From Octopus vulgaris (lineage: Eukaryota), in NCBI GenBank assembly GCA_951406725.2, contig OX597821.1, forward strand, positions 91,574,001 through 91,638,000: DNA of 64,000 nucleotides, given 5' to 3'. Both the position numbers and the translations under genes were made by a program. Of this stretch, positions 51,772 to 64,000 are shown piece after piece; positions within the stretch are counted from its first letter, which is position 1; each line of letters opens with the position of its first letter. Under the pieces are notes generated by a model. The model saw only the letters and a list, made by a program, of their open reading frames with translations, did no database searches and was not told the DNA's origin.

Positions 51772-52060
51772 TCACCGTGATCGTCCAGGCTATCAGGTGT
51801 TGATACACATCGCTGGTCACAATGTGCTTCATATTGTTTTAGCCTTCAAATGACGCCACCCCACTGGCTAAGCGAGCAGGCCAACAGAAGAAAGAGTGAG
51901 AGAAAGTTGTGCCGAAAGAGTACTGCAGGGATCACCACCACTCCCTGCCGGAGCCTCGTGGAGCTTTAGGTGTTTTCGCTCAATAAACACTCACAAGGCA
52001 CAGTCTGAGAATCGAAACTGCGAGCCCGCTGCCCTAACCACTGGGCCATTGCACCTTCAC
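51772..52060 (-). mobile_element. SINE-C, tail type 2
   Basis: Homologous to 25400-25685. Confidence 0.8.
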
Positions 52061-52157
52061 ACACACACACATATAGTTAATAAAAAACATATATCAGAAA
52101 AGAAGTATACTCTGTAAAATAGAGTAGTAATTGCTACAACAAAATTTTATATCTTCG

Positions 52158-52226
52158 ACATAGAGTCACCCAAGGTTTCGTATCCACAAAGCCAAAACCT
52201 TGTGGACGGCTCATCAGACTCTATAT
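52158..52226 (-). ncRNA. Type I hammerhead ribozyme motif (near-canonical, cleavage triplet GUG)
   Basis: Minus: ATATAGAGT-CTGATGA-G(CCG)TCCACAAGG(TTTTGG)CTTTGTGGA(TA)C-GAAA-CC(TTG)GG-T-G-ACTCTATGT. Confidence 0.75.
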
Positions 52227-52484
52227 TCATATATACATACATATATACATGTATATGTGCATATAAATATTTATATATATATATATATGTGCATGTATGT
52301 ATGAATGTATGTATATAGGTATGTTGGTGTAAACAGGAAAAATAGAACTCAAAATATAAGAATATGTTTATTTTTATTAATATTTAGCTAAATATTAATA
52401 AATATATGTATGTGTGAGTGTGTGTGTTTATATATACATACCTATAATATATCTACAAATATAATATGTGGCAATTAGATGGTT

Positions 52485-52555
52485 GTCATAATAAAACTCA
52501 GAGTTTCGGATGCCGGGGTTGAAGTCTACTTCGGCATCTCATCTGTTATTAAGAC
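52485..52555 (-). ncRNA. Type I hammerhead ribozyme motif (core CAGAUGA)
   Basis: Minus: GTCTTAATAA-CAGATGA-GATGCCG(...)CGGCATCC-GAAA-CTC(T)GAG-T-T-TTATTATGAC; stem I 9/10 pairs. Confidence 0.65.
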
Positions 52556-53637
52556 CCATATTATTATTATTAATACATATAATATATATATATATATTTA
52601 TGTGTATAGTGTGTATATAAGTGCATGTATATATATATATATACATACAAACATACACAAATATATGTATACACACACACACACACACACATATATAAGT
52701 GTATGTATATAATATTACTAAACTCTTTATCTTGGTCACTCTCAAAACCTTATTTGATTACTGTTACGAGCTGTAGTTTGTAGTTTCTTTGACAGAATTT
52801 ATTAGTTTAAGAAAGTTCAGCGAAATCATTATAGCTGCAGAGGATGTACCAAAAATAAATCGAGAATATTTTTTTTTCCTTTCTGTTAATGAAATTCCTC
52901 CCAGAATATAAGTCTGGAAATAGTGACATTATACACTGATGCATATAGCTATTGGTGGTGACCACAGACCATTCCATGGCAGGAATCATTTAAACTTTGA
53001 CTGATACAACTCTCTTGAGACAGAAGGCAGTCTGCAGTTTGTGTGACTGTACCGGTGTATATGTCTGTAGCAGTAATCTTGATATGTGTCATGCACACTT
53101 GCAGAATAATTCGCAGAATCAATTTGCAAGAAAATAATTTGCCCAGGTAATAAGAATAAACAGCAACAAATATTATAAAGCAGAAAACAATGATTGGGAA
53201 AAAAATAATAATAAAAACAGTGTATACTAAGAGATTAAAGATGTAATGAAATATATAAGGTCTGTGTATGGTTACCTTAGTGTGCCATATGTACATTTAT
53301 ATATATATTTTATATTTTCTCTTATACTTGTTCCTGTCATTATACTGCAGCCATGCTGGGGCACTGCCTTGAAGAATTATTTTTGTATGCATTTTTTATG
53401 TATGTATTTTCTATGTATGCATCAATGTAATTACACATGTGCTGTTGGCAATTTCTTTTCTGGTGAAGAACTATACTTGAAACGTCAAACTCTCTTTTCA
53501 CCAAGCATCAAGCTGATATATTTCTTGTGCATGTCCTCTTGTTTGTTAATTTTACTAATTTTACTAATACACACACACACATGTATATATATACCACCAC
53601 AGATACACTTAATTAATAATAATTTAATAATAATTGA

Positions 53638-53680
<43 letters not shown>

Positions 53681-53823
53681 CGTATGTGTGTGTGTATGTA
53701 TGTAGTATATACATGTATATATATGTAGTTGGAATTTATAAAAAAAACAAAAGACAGACAGGTATATAAACACCAAACAGGTGTATTTGTTTAATGCTTA
53801 TGTGTGTACACACACAAAGACTC

Positions 53824-53931
53824 TTTAAAATCAAATTTGAAATACCTTATATTATGTTTCAAAAGACTTGAATCACTTGCAGAAGATAGGGAAGCATGGA
53901 GAACTATGAATTGGAACGATGTTAAAGATTT
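53824..53931 (+). mobile_element. RTE C-terminal relic, duplicated at 54701-54807
   Basis: LAEDREAWR motif; two direct copies. Confidence 0.55.
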
Positions 53932-53937
53932 ATATAC

Positions 53938-54257
53938 ATATTGTTGCATTAGGGATGGTCGGATTTTTTTTTCAAAATAAACACACACACTACATATTCA
54001 TTCTTCCCTTATTTATTATTGTTCTTATTCTAACTCATGTCCATTGTCATGGAAATCTTTCAAGCAGAGCAAGAGCATGCATGAAGATGGAAAGTGTCGC
54101 TGAAGAGGTCACAGATGTGTGACGAAAAATTTTCAAACAATGGACATGTGTTAGAATGAGAACAATAATAAACAAGTGAAGAACGAATATGTAGTGTGTG
54201 TGTTTATTTGGCAAAAACAAAAAATAAAGGAATGTCCATCCCGAAATACAACAATAT
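53938..54257. repeat. Foldback: ~125-bp inverted arms around a loop containing a hammerhead core
   Basis: Arms 53938-54061 and 54124-54257; CTGAAGA-G-GTCACA(GATG)TGTGAC-GAAA at 54100-54127. Confidence 0.85.
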
Positions 54258-54317
54258 CTGTTTCAACACAAAACTTCATATCAGGAATCTTGCAACACAA
54301 ACAAATCCATAAATGTG

Positions 54318-54545
54318 TATATATATATGTGTGTGTGTGACCTCGTGAGTACCACTGGCGATTTTTTTCCTCTGTCTTCCCTTCTCGGGATCTTTCCTTC
54401 TCCTATGTTTCCGACGAAGAGCTCCGCTCGAAACGTTAAACCCTCCTTCTTCCCTTCTTTCCTGAGCGTCCAATAATACTTTATTTGTTCCACGTCCTTG
54501 CGTTGTTGTGTTTTTTTGTTTTCTTGTTTGGATTAACTTTATATA
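54318..54545 (+). mobile_element. Short hammerhead-bearing element (family D/E) ending in (TA)n
   Basis: GTTT-CCGACGA-A-GAGC(TCC)GCTC-GAAACGTT-AAAC at 54407-54441. Confidence 0.65.
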
Positions 54546-55276
54546 TATATATATAAGCCTGTTGTGCATGTACATATACCTACCGATTTCTCTTAGGTAT
54601 CTTACCAATTGACTAAGAATAAAGTGGAATCGAACCTGTGCATGTGTTATTGTTATTAGCATAATTATTTTCCCAAGAAACAGCAAAATGTGTGTGTGTG
54701 TTTAAAATCTAATTTGAAAGGCCTTAAGTTATGTTCAAAAGACTTGAATGACTTGCAGAAGAAAGGGAAGCATGGAGAGCTATGATTTGAAATGATGTTA
54801 AAGATTTTGAGCTTCACAGAGATAAGCATTCTGAAATGAAATGAAAATTTCATAGAAACAAGATTAATATCAATAGCATTACAAGAGTTTCTAATTCCTT
54901 CTTTAGATATTTTTTATACCCAAAAGTATGCATATCATCTTGTTCTGGTAAGAGATTGCATAAGCTTGCTCATATGGTTGAGATACACTTGAACTATTGG
55001 AATTTCATTCTGGGTGTCCAATTTCACTGCAATGTCTGTCAAAATCCTACAATTTATGTGGAGGATTGATCATTCCTAATAAACAAGTGGAAAACGGAGC
55101 CAATGCTGAAATGAGATCCTGCTGCAGTATATGTGATTAGCTCTTCAAAAACCCTTCGTTGTTGAAGTCATTCAAGATCTCAAGTGCTAGGAAAAAACAA
55201 TATAAGAACAAGATGAGGTCAAGCCCTACAAGGAACAGACAGCCATTATATATGTATACATATGCATATATAAATA

Positions 55277-55336
<60 letters not shown>

Positions 55337-55340
<4 letters not shown>

Positions 55341-55471
55341 CAAAATGGGACAAGAATGCAAAACATCCAATTAGATGATGCAAAAATCACGGACGGGTCA
55401 TTCGAAGCCTCTAGTCTTCAGTCAAGAACCGGATCATCCTCGCAATTTCAGCTGATTAATCTTGAGATTGC
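55337..55471 (-). mobile_element. Family K element abutting long (TA)n
   Basis: Homologous to 34404-34579. Confidence 0.6.
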
Positions 55472-56589
55472 TCCAATCTGGCCAGCCCCAAGGAAAAACT
55501 AAGCTACGAGCATTAGATTCCTTGGAAAAAGGATCGAATGTATATGAAACAAGGACAGAAAAATGGACGATGTTACACGAATATAAATACAAAAAAAAAC
55601 AACAACAATAATAATAATAATAACAGGACAGAAAAACAGGCATCTATATATATATATATAAGGTGAGTGAGAAAGTATGAGGGTTTAGTTCACTGATGAT
55701 CTAAACGAATAGATATGCTGTTAGATTCCAAGTTCACAGCTGTGGCTGGAATTAGGGATCCATATTAGGCTTCTGAGTTAGCAGGTATATATTATATTAG
55801 AGGGGAAAGGACAACAAAAACCAAGGCAGGACAGGTATCTCAAGTCATTTAGAATATTTAATTAGGCTAAGGTGAATTTGAATACTTACAGCTGGGTGAC
55901 ACCTTGGGCAAGTGTCTTCTACTATAGCTTTGGGCTGACCAAAACCTTGTGAGTGGATTTGGTTGATTGAAACTGAAAGAAACATGTTGTGTATGTGTAT
56001 GTGTGTGTGTGTTTGTGTATCTGTGCTTGTTCCCCCACTAATATTGGTGTGTTTACATCCCAGTAACCTTGTGGTTCGGCAAAGGAGACCAGTAGAATAA
56101 GTATTACAAAGAATAAGTCCTGGTGTCAATTTGTTCAAATAAAGGTGGTGCTCTAGCATGGCCACAGTCAAATGCCTGAAACGAGTAAAAGAATACGAAT
56201 AAAAGAATATGAATAAAAGAATACACATATTACCTATTCCTCCAATCATATTGTTCATGTTTAAATTAGACAAATCAGTGCTGGCTAGATAACATTAGCA
56301 GGTAATGTAAGAAATTCTGCTAATTATTTTGTCCAACGTAGTTATGATTCCGCCAATACATCACCTTACAATAATTATATAGTATTGAGAGGGTGCACAA
56401 TATTCTAAACACTAAATTCCAATTTCTAAAGTGGAGCTAAAATATTATAATCTAATAAAATAAATGAAGGAGTATAAATACAGAAGATACTAAGAACAAA
56501 TAACGATTTCTTATATAAGCCTCAATAATGAGTGACTGGAGCAATCGATTTTATCAAACCTAGTAAATGACTGGTACTTAATATTTTTT

Positions 56590-57018
56590 CTCTTTTACTT
56601 GTTTCAGTCATTTGACTGTGGCCATGCTGGAGCGCCGCCTTTTAGTCAGGCAAATCGACCCCCAGGACTTATTCTTTGCAAGCCTAGTACTTATTCTATT
56701 GGACTCTTTTGCCGAATTGCTATGTTACGGGGATGTAAACACACTGGCATCGGTTGTCAAACGATGTTGGTGGGACAAACACAGATACACAAACATAGAC
56801 ACACACACACACACATATACATATATATATGATGCCATGATAGATCGTTAGCCACTACACACATTTTTTCTCTCCTTGTTTTTTCTGTGTCCCTTTCTGT
56901 AGAAGAGCGTAGGTTTGAAATGTAAAAGACATTTTCTATTCCTGAGCGTTATGCTAATACATCTGTTTGTTTTGTACACCACCTGTCTTCGTCTTTTGTT
57001 TTCTTCATAAACTTTCCC

Positions 57019-57050
<32 letters not shown>

Positions 57051-57210
57051 TACGACGGGCTTCTTTCAGTTTCTGTCTACCAAATCCTCTCACAATGCTT
57101 TGGTTGGCCCGAAGCTATAGTAGAAGACACTCGGCTAAGGTGCCATGCTCTGGGACTGAACCCGGAACCATGTGGTTTATAAGCAAGCTACTTACCACAC
57201 AGCCACTCCT
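56590..57210 (-). mobile_element. SINE-A split by a family F element (56830-57020) in its internal microsatellite
   Basis: 3' half 56590-56810 and 5' half 57040-57210 colinear around the insert. Confidence 0.8.
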
Positions 57211-57419
57211 ACTTTTTTTTTCAGTAACTGCAGGAGGGATGAATAAGTTTAACAAGAACTGAAGTCATTACATAAAGAATTGTGACAACTAAGCACTACC
57301 CAATACTCTCTGAGCTCTGTGAAACAGTCATCCAAGGAATATATTAGTGTGTGTGTGTGGATACATGTGTGCGTGCGTGTGGGTGTATTAGCATGTGCGA
57401 TCATGTGTATGCATAGAGT

Positions 57420-57477
<58 letters not shown>

Positions 57478-57480
<3 letters not shown>

Positions 57481-57886
57481 CGCAGGAGTGGCTGTGTGGT
57501 AAGTAGCTAACAAACCACATGGTTCCGGGTTCAGTCCCACTGCATGGCATCTTGGGCAAGTGTCTTCCGCTATAGCCCCGGGCCGACCAATGCCTTTTGA
57601 GTGGATTTGGTAGACGGAAACTGAAAGAAGCCTGTCGTATATATGTATATATATATATGTGTGTGTGTATATGTTTGTGTGTCTGTGTTTGTCCCCCTAG
57701 CATTGCTTGACAACCGATGCTGGTGTGTTTACGTCCCCGTCACTTAGCGGTTCGGCAAAAGAGGCCGATAGAATAAGTACTGGGCTTACAAAGAATAAGT
57801 CCTGGGGTTGATTTGCTCGACTAAAGGTGGTGCTCCAGCATGGCTGCAGTCAAATGACTGAAACAAGTAAAAGAGTAAAAGAGTAA

Positions 57887-57890
<4 letters not shown>
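57478..57890 (+). mobile_element. SINE-A
   Basis: Full structure; (TA)n on both flanks. Confidence 0.9.
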
Positions 57891-57930
<40 letters not shown>

Positions 57931-58758
57931 GCACACACCCTATACAGATCTTGTGCAAGGTTTCCTTGAAATTACTGTTACTGAACATATTTCATAAGGT
58001 TTTATACATGTGTGAGTATGTATATAATTATATCTATAAAGATGGATACAAACTTTTATGTATACATAGATGTGTACATGTATATATACACACATATATA
58101 TATATACACACACACATACATATATGGATATGTATACATATATATATATATATACACACACATACATATATGGATATGTATACACACATATATATACATA
58201 TATATAAACGCACACACACATATATATACACGCAAATATATATATATATCAGCACACACACATATATATACACGCAAATATATATATATATCAGAAACAA
58301 CTTTGAATTTTTGGATAGATAGCTCACTGTCTGTCTATGGCGTCACATATAAGCACAGCTCACATACACATACACACATACACATACACACGCACACATG
58401 CATACACAAACACCATACACGCACACATGTGACTCCCTAAAAAATAAAAAATAAATAAGTGACAATGCTTCAACGACAACATCACACACACACACACACA
58501 AACACATATATACACATATATACATATATTTATCATAAGTAAATGGTGATGGAGATGTAGAAATCATCAAACCACGATGAAAATCATAAAAGCAGAAGAC
58601 ATTTGTGGAAGGGAATAATTGATTGGCTGAAACTGACTATGGGAGGCCAATTCGATAATAATTTCATTTGTCACTAGCCAAGCAGAAACACAAAACATTG
58701 CGAAACTAGCAAAAAATAATATATATATATATATATATAAATATATAGTACAAACCAC

Positions 58759-58805
<47 letters not shown>

Positions 58806-58810
58806 TGATG

Positions 58811-58845
<35 letters not shown>

Positions 58846-58866
58846 TAATAATAAATAATAATAATA

Positions 58867-58935
<69 letters not shown>

Positions 58936-59076
58936 TGAAAAGCTGGGTGGGAAATAATACGGATGATGTTAAGAACATAAAACATACCAACAACAAGCAC
59001 AATAATAATGACAACAACGATAATAATAACAATGATGATAATAATACTAATAATAATAATAACAACAATAATAATG

Positions 59077-59113
<37 letters not shown>

Positions 59114-59183
59114 TAATAATAATGATAATAATAATGATAATAATAATGATGATGATAATGATGATAATGATAATAATTGTGAT

Positions 59184-59234
<51 letters not shown>

Positions 59235-59235
59235 T
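58759..59235. repeat. (AAT)n/(GAT)n/(AAC)n microsatellites
   Basis: Direct inspection. Confidence 0.95.
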
Positions 59236-59396
59236 TCTTATGTTGGCCACATGGTAAATAAAACAAAAGCGGAGTGTGATTTGCTATGATGTAAGCTTTG
59301 CTATACGTATGTAGCTACATGGTTATGGTTTCTGCTGGGAAACCTTAGCTGAACTGCACAAATTATACAGAAACACATTTTCATATGTGTTTGTGT

Positions 59397-59464
<68 letters not shown>

Positions 59465-59843
59465 GCATATATGTATGTATATATATGTACATATACACAT
59501 AAATATATATATATATGTATATTGTGTCTTTTTATTCTGTTTTATTTTTGTTAGTCTTGTGTTTTTTTTTATATTTTCCACAACATTGAAGTTGTGAAAC
59601 AGAAAAATAAAAGGCCAAAAAAAAAATAATAATAATCAGCTAAAATTTATATAAAGAGAAAAAAATTATACTTTTTTCTCAATTTATATTAATTATTTTT
59701 CTGTTTGTGTGAGTGTGTGTGTGTGTGTTTGTATAATGGGAATTTACAAAGAAATCAAGAATTAACAAAATGAAAATGAAAATTTATTTGATTCATCAAT
59801 CTTCTTCTCTACCCTAGCTCTCTGTCTTTCTCTCACTTACACA

Positions 59844-59875
<32 letters not shown>

Positions 59876-60520
59876 CCTATAACATCATCATCATCATTAT
59901 CATCATCAGTGTCATTATTTCCACCATTGTTCTTTATGTCACTGCCATTATTGTCAGTCTTAATATTATTATTGTTACTATTTTCACCCTATTCATCATC
60001 ATCATAATCTCTATCACCATTAGCATCATCATCATCATCAGCAGCAGCAGCAGCGTTTTTGTAATTTACAAAAATCTCACATTATTATAATTAAAAATTT
60101 TTAAGTTTTCCTTTTCTCTCAAAACAAGGGTTTGTAAGTTTCGAGTGAGTCATTACAACAACGTGGTTTCAATACCTGCCTAAATCTATATTTTTTCACT
60201 TACATCAGCAATTCCCTTGGGTAAAATATAAACAGAATAAAACCTATTTGTTATTCACCATAAATTTCTGGTTTAAAGCAAAATAAAGGAATTCCTATCA
60301 GATTTGAATTAATTAAATTTAGACCACTATTCTACACTCACAACCACATTATTGACATAAAAGTGAGTTACCTCCTTCACTGATGTCCTTAGGTCCTCTG
60401 TCTATAGATTTTAGTGATTGGTAAGCTTTTATGTGTGTGTGTGTGTGTGTGTGTGTGCACGTGTGTGTGTGTGTGAAATTGAAAAATTATATACTCTATT
60501 TGTCCTTTATATCTATAAGT

Positions 60521-60705
60521 GGGTACTGAAAATTTCTTGGCTTTGTGTAAAAGAAAATAGGAGGGTCAATTAATTATGATTTTATTCAACATATTCCCCC
60601 TTCTCAGATTCCCACATTTATTGCAGCAGTACTTCAGTTTTTCTAAGCCCTGTAAAAGAATTCGGACAGTCGGGCCTCCAACCAGGCCTTTCTTGATACC
60701 CTTCA
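60521..60705 (-). mobile_element. Mariner terminal fragment
   Basis: gggtactgaaaatttcttggcttt TIR-like start followed by a segment typical of mariner 3' ends in reverse. Confidence 0.5.
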
Positions 60706-61079
60706 AGCTAGGTACTTCTATATTATAAATACTATGTATTATTATTTAGCAATTCTCAAAGGTTGTGAACTGGCAGAATCATTAGCATACTAGATGAAAC
60801 ACCCAGCTTTCTTCTAGCTTTAAGTTTTGGGTTCAAATTCTGCTGAAGTCAACTTTGTCATTCATCCTTTCAGAGACACTAAAATAAAAATCAATCGTAC
60901 TCTGGGATCAATATAATCAATTAGATCCTCCCACCAAAATGTTCAGGCCTGGTGCCTATAACAGAATGAATTATTTTGTAATGATTAAATAAACTGATGA
61001 TCGAAGAGCTTCCAGCCATGACCAACCATCTCTATTTCATTCAAACATTGTATTTAAGATTAGGGTTTTTTTTCAGTGT

Positions 61080-61370
61080 GTCCTGGCAAGGGTGAAAGGG
61101 GTGCAGTGGTATGGACATGTGTTGAGGAGGGATTAGTATCATGCTCTAAGGAGAGCGCTTGAGTTTAAAGTGAATGAACTTCAAAATCGAGGTCGAAAAA
61201 AGGAAACGTGGAGGGGACAGGTGGAGGAGGAGATTGGGAGGGTCTGCTTGAGGAGGGAGGACACCCAAAACTCAGTGAATTGGCGAGATGGTATGAGAGT
61301 GGTTGCTGTAAGAGTGAGGTAGACCCAGCCACCCCTGTTAAAGGAGACAAACCCGGATTTGAAATATTGT
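61080..61370 (+). mobile_element. RTE C-terminal relic
   Basis: VQWYGHVLRRD..LRRALEFKV...RGRKKETWRGQVEEE. Confidence 0.8.
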
Positions 61371-62189
61371 AATTTCACTCTCTCTACATATGTTAAAGAC
61401 ATTAGGTTTTGATCTGGAGTAACCATGACAACCATTTCTATACAGGTCAAGTGATAATGAAGAGGAAGCACTTTTGTTTTGTGTAAATATGGTAGTTCTA
61501 TGGTTCTATTCCAGAGGGATTTTAGTCATCAATACTTTTGGGTAAGGAGAATCAATGCTTTCGTCTTTGCTGACATCCATGCTCAGTAGCATGACACTCA
61601 TCCATCAGAAGGTGTACGGTGCATTTAATGAAGAGCATCTCCAGGGTTCATTCTGACGTTTCACACTTTAGCAGTATGTTGGCGATAATAATGAGAATCA
61701 TCACCACTACCCACACCTTCATTATCATCACCGTTATCATCATCGTCATCGTCATCTTCATCATCGTCATCGTCATTGTTTTTGGTAACATTTAATTTAA
61801 AGTATTTTGCTTTGATTTTGCTGTTTTATTACATTTTTAAAATTTCCCTGTGCTTGCATGTTTCTCTGATGAGTTTGCACTCTCCCTGAATCCACCCCAC
61901 CCTCACCCCACTCTACCCAATTTCATTCATTACCATGGCAACAGTATGAAAGTGTGCAATATCATTTTTGTTTTTTTGTTGTTTGTTTTCCTCAATACCA
62001 GACCATGTTTATAGTTAATTGCCCCTTCTCAAACCTTTTTAAGTATCCCAATGTCACTGATAATTATCAGACAAGTTTCGTTTTTTGTTTCCAAAATCAT
62101 GGGTACAAACCCCTTCTTCCTAATTAATCAATAAAAAGAAAAAGAAAAAGAAAATCATTTTTGAAAATCTTTTGTTTTAGCTAATATTT

Positions 62190-62420
62190 ATTTCTTCATT
62201 GCCCACAGGGTGCTAAACACAGAGGGGACAATCAAGGACAGACAAATGGATTAAGTCGTTTACATCAACCCCAATGCGTAACTGGTACTTATTTAATCGA
62301 CCCCGAAAGGATGAAAGGCAAAGCTGACTTCGGCAGAATTTGAACTCAGAATGTAATGGCAGACGAAATACTGCTAAGCATTTCACCCGGCGTGCTAATG
62401 ATTCTGCCAGTTCACCACTG
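62190..62420 (-). mobile_element. SINE-B
   Basis: Family similarity. Confidence 0.85.
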
Positions 62421-62559
62421 TTTTAGCTAAAATTCTAACAACTAATAGGAAATGACTGCACTTGATGCAACATCTACTAATCTGGATAGGGTGAGTTAAG
62501 TCTATGTAGATATCTCTATCTAAATGACATAAAGGTGAGAGAAATAGATCTCTTTATTC

Positions 62560-62945
62560 TTTTATGCTTTCACTTGTTTCAGTCATTTGACTGCAGCCAT
62601 ACTGGAGCACTGCCTTAAAGGGTTGTAGTCAAAGAAATTGACCCCAAGACATTTTTTGTAACCCTAGTATTTATTCTATTGGTTCTTTTGCTGAACCCCT
62701 AAGTTATGGGGACATAAACACATCAGCTTTGGTTGTCAAGTGATAGCAGGGAAACACAGACACACGTAAATACATACATATATATATGACAGGCTTCTTT
62801 CAGTTTCTACCTATCAAATCCACTCAAGGCTTTGCTTGGCCTGAGGCTATGGTAGAAGACACTTGCCCAAGGTGCCATGCAGTGGGACTGAACCCAGAAC
62901 CATGTAGTGGGGAAGCAAACTTCCTACCACACAGCCATGCCTGTG
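62560..62945 (-). mobile_element. SINE-A, diverged (further 5' half at 63420-63575)
   Basis: Family similarity. Confidence 0.8.
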
Positions 62946-63389
62946 CCTTGGGTCATTTTTTTTCACTTAAATGATATTAATGTTTGGGCTAAGGCCATGC
63001 TGGTGCACTGCAATCAGTGGTTTTTGTTCATCTTATTAGCCCCACTACATTTTTTGGAACTTATATCATTGTTCTTCCAAATATGAAATGTAACATAGAC
63101 ATTGGTTAACACTGGAAGAGAATTGTTAGCATGGAGATCAAAATGTTTGTGATATTTTGTTTGTCTTTATGTTCTGAATTCTAATTCTGATGAGATCAAA
63201 TTTACCTTTCAGATGAGTGCTGAAGTCACTGAAATCAACTAGCCTAGCTCCCTCCCCAGAAATTGCTGGGAATGTGCCAAAATTTGAAAATGATATTGTA
63301 GTATATTTATGCTCAGATATCTAGTTCTTGTCCTATCTTTTGATCTATATGTCTGTCTATCTATCTATTTATCATTCTATCTGTGTGTG

Positions 63390-63421
<32 letters not shown>

Positions 63422-63574
63422 TATATACGACAGGCTTCTTTGAAATCCACTTACAAGGCTTTGGTTGGCCCGAGGCTATAGTAGAAGACACTTGCCCGAG
63501 GTGCTATGCAGTGGGACTGAACCCGGAACCATGTGGTTGGTAAGCAAGCTACTTACCACACAGCCACTCCTGAG

Positions 63575-63609
<35 letters not shown>

Positions 63610-63619
63610 ATGAGAATCA

Positions 63620-64000
63620 TCAGTCAAAAAAAAAAAGGTAATGCAAGTTGGGAAACAAGAGGAAGTGTACCAGTGAAAGTCAGACAAGAACCAGTTGAAG
63701 AAGTTACAAGCTTCATATATCTGGGAAGCACAGTGACAAGCAGCAGTGATGCAGAAACAGATGTAAGCTGCAGAATTGCCCAAGACAGCATCAGTATTTA
63801 GAAACCTGATAACACTTTCGTGTAGCAAAAACATAAGTACAGAGCTGAAGATTCATCTGTAAAAAGCAGCAATACTGGCAATAGTGATCTATGTAGCTGA
63901 GACCTGGAAGATGACAGCAAAAATTGCCTGCCAACTTGAAGTATTTCCTCGGTGACGCCCCAGAAAGATCCTAAGAATCACTTAAGACAGAGTGACAAAT
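63620..64000 (+). mobile_element. RTE LINE relic (post-RT region), runs off window
   Basis: VEEVTSFIYLGSTVTSSSDAETDVSCRIAQ; frameshifted continuation KAAILAIVIYVAETWKMT. Confidence 0.85.

Overview
AT-rich, microsatellite-dense eukaryotic DNA, most likely intronic or intergenic sequence of a coleoid cephalopod (Octopus-type). The organism call is an inference from the SINE and RTE families and from (TA)n/(CA)n/(AAT)n density. I recognise no host protein domain. Almost all listed ORFs are low-complexity artefacts, and only a few exon-like segments remain as weak candidates. The window is a stack of mobile DNA: >20 copies or fragments of a bipartite CORE-like tRNA SINE (here SINE-A), a second tRNA SINE (SINE-B) that also inserts as TSD-flanked dimers and trimers, a third SINE with swapped tails (SINE-C), one young 5'-truncated RTE LINE (open 361-codon frame with YADD and a PHD-type finger, 62-bp tandem array in its 3' UTR), old RTE relics, four mariner relics, a TTAA-flanked piggyBac-type MITE and Penelope-like (PLE) relics. 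The most interesting signal is a set of about ten hammerhead-ribozyme-like motifs in several short, mostly (TA)n-associated elements. These include two near-canonical type I hammerheads 328 nt apart (52158-52555, minus), a hammerhead core in the loop of a 320-nt foldback (53938-54257), and a tRNA-headed SINE whose tail carries a minimal PLE-type hammerhead (12637-13365). All folds were read by eye and none is tested.
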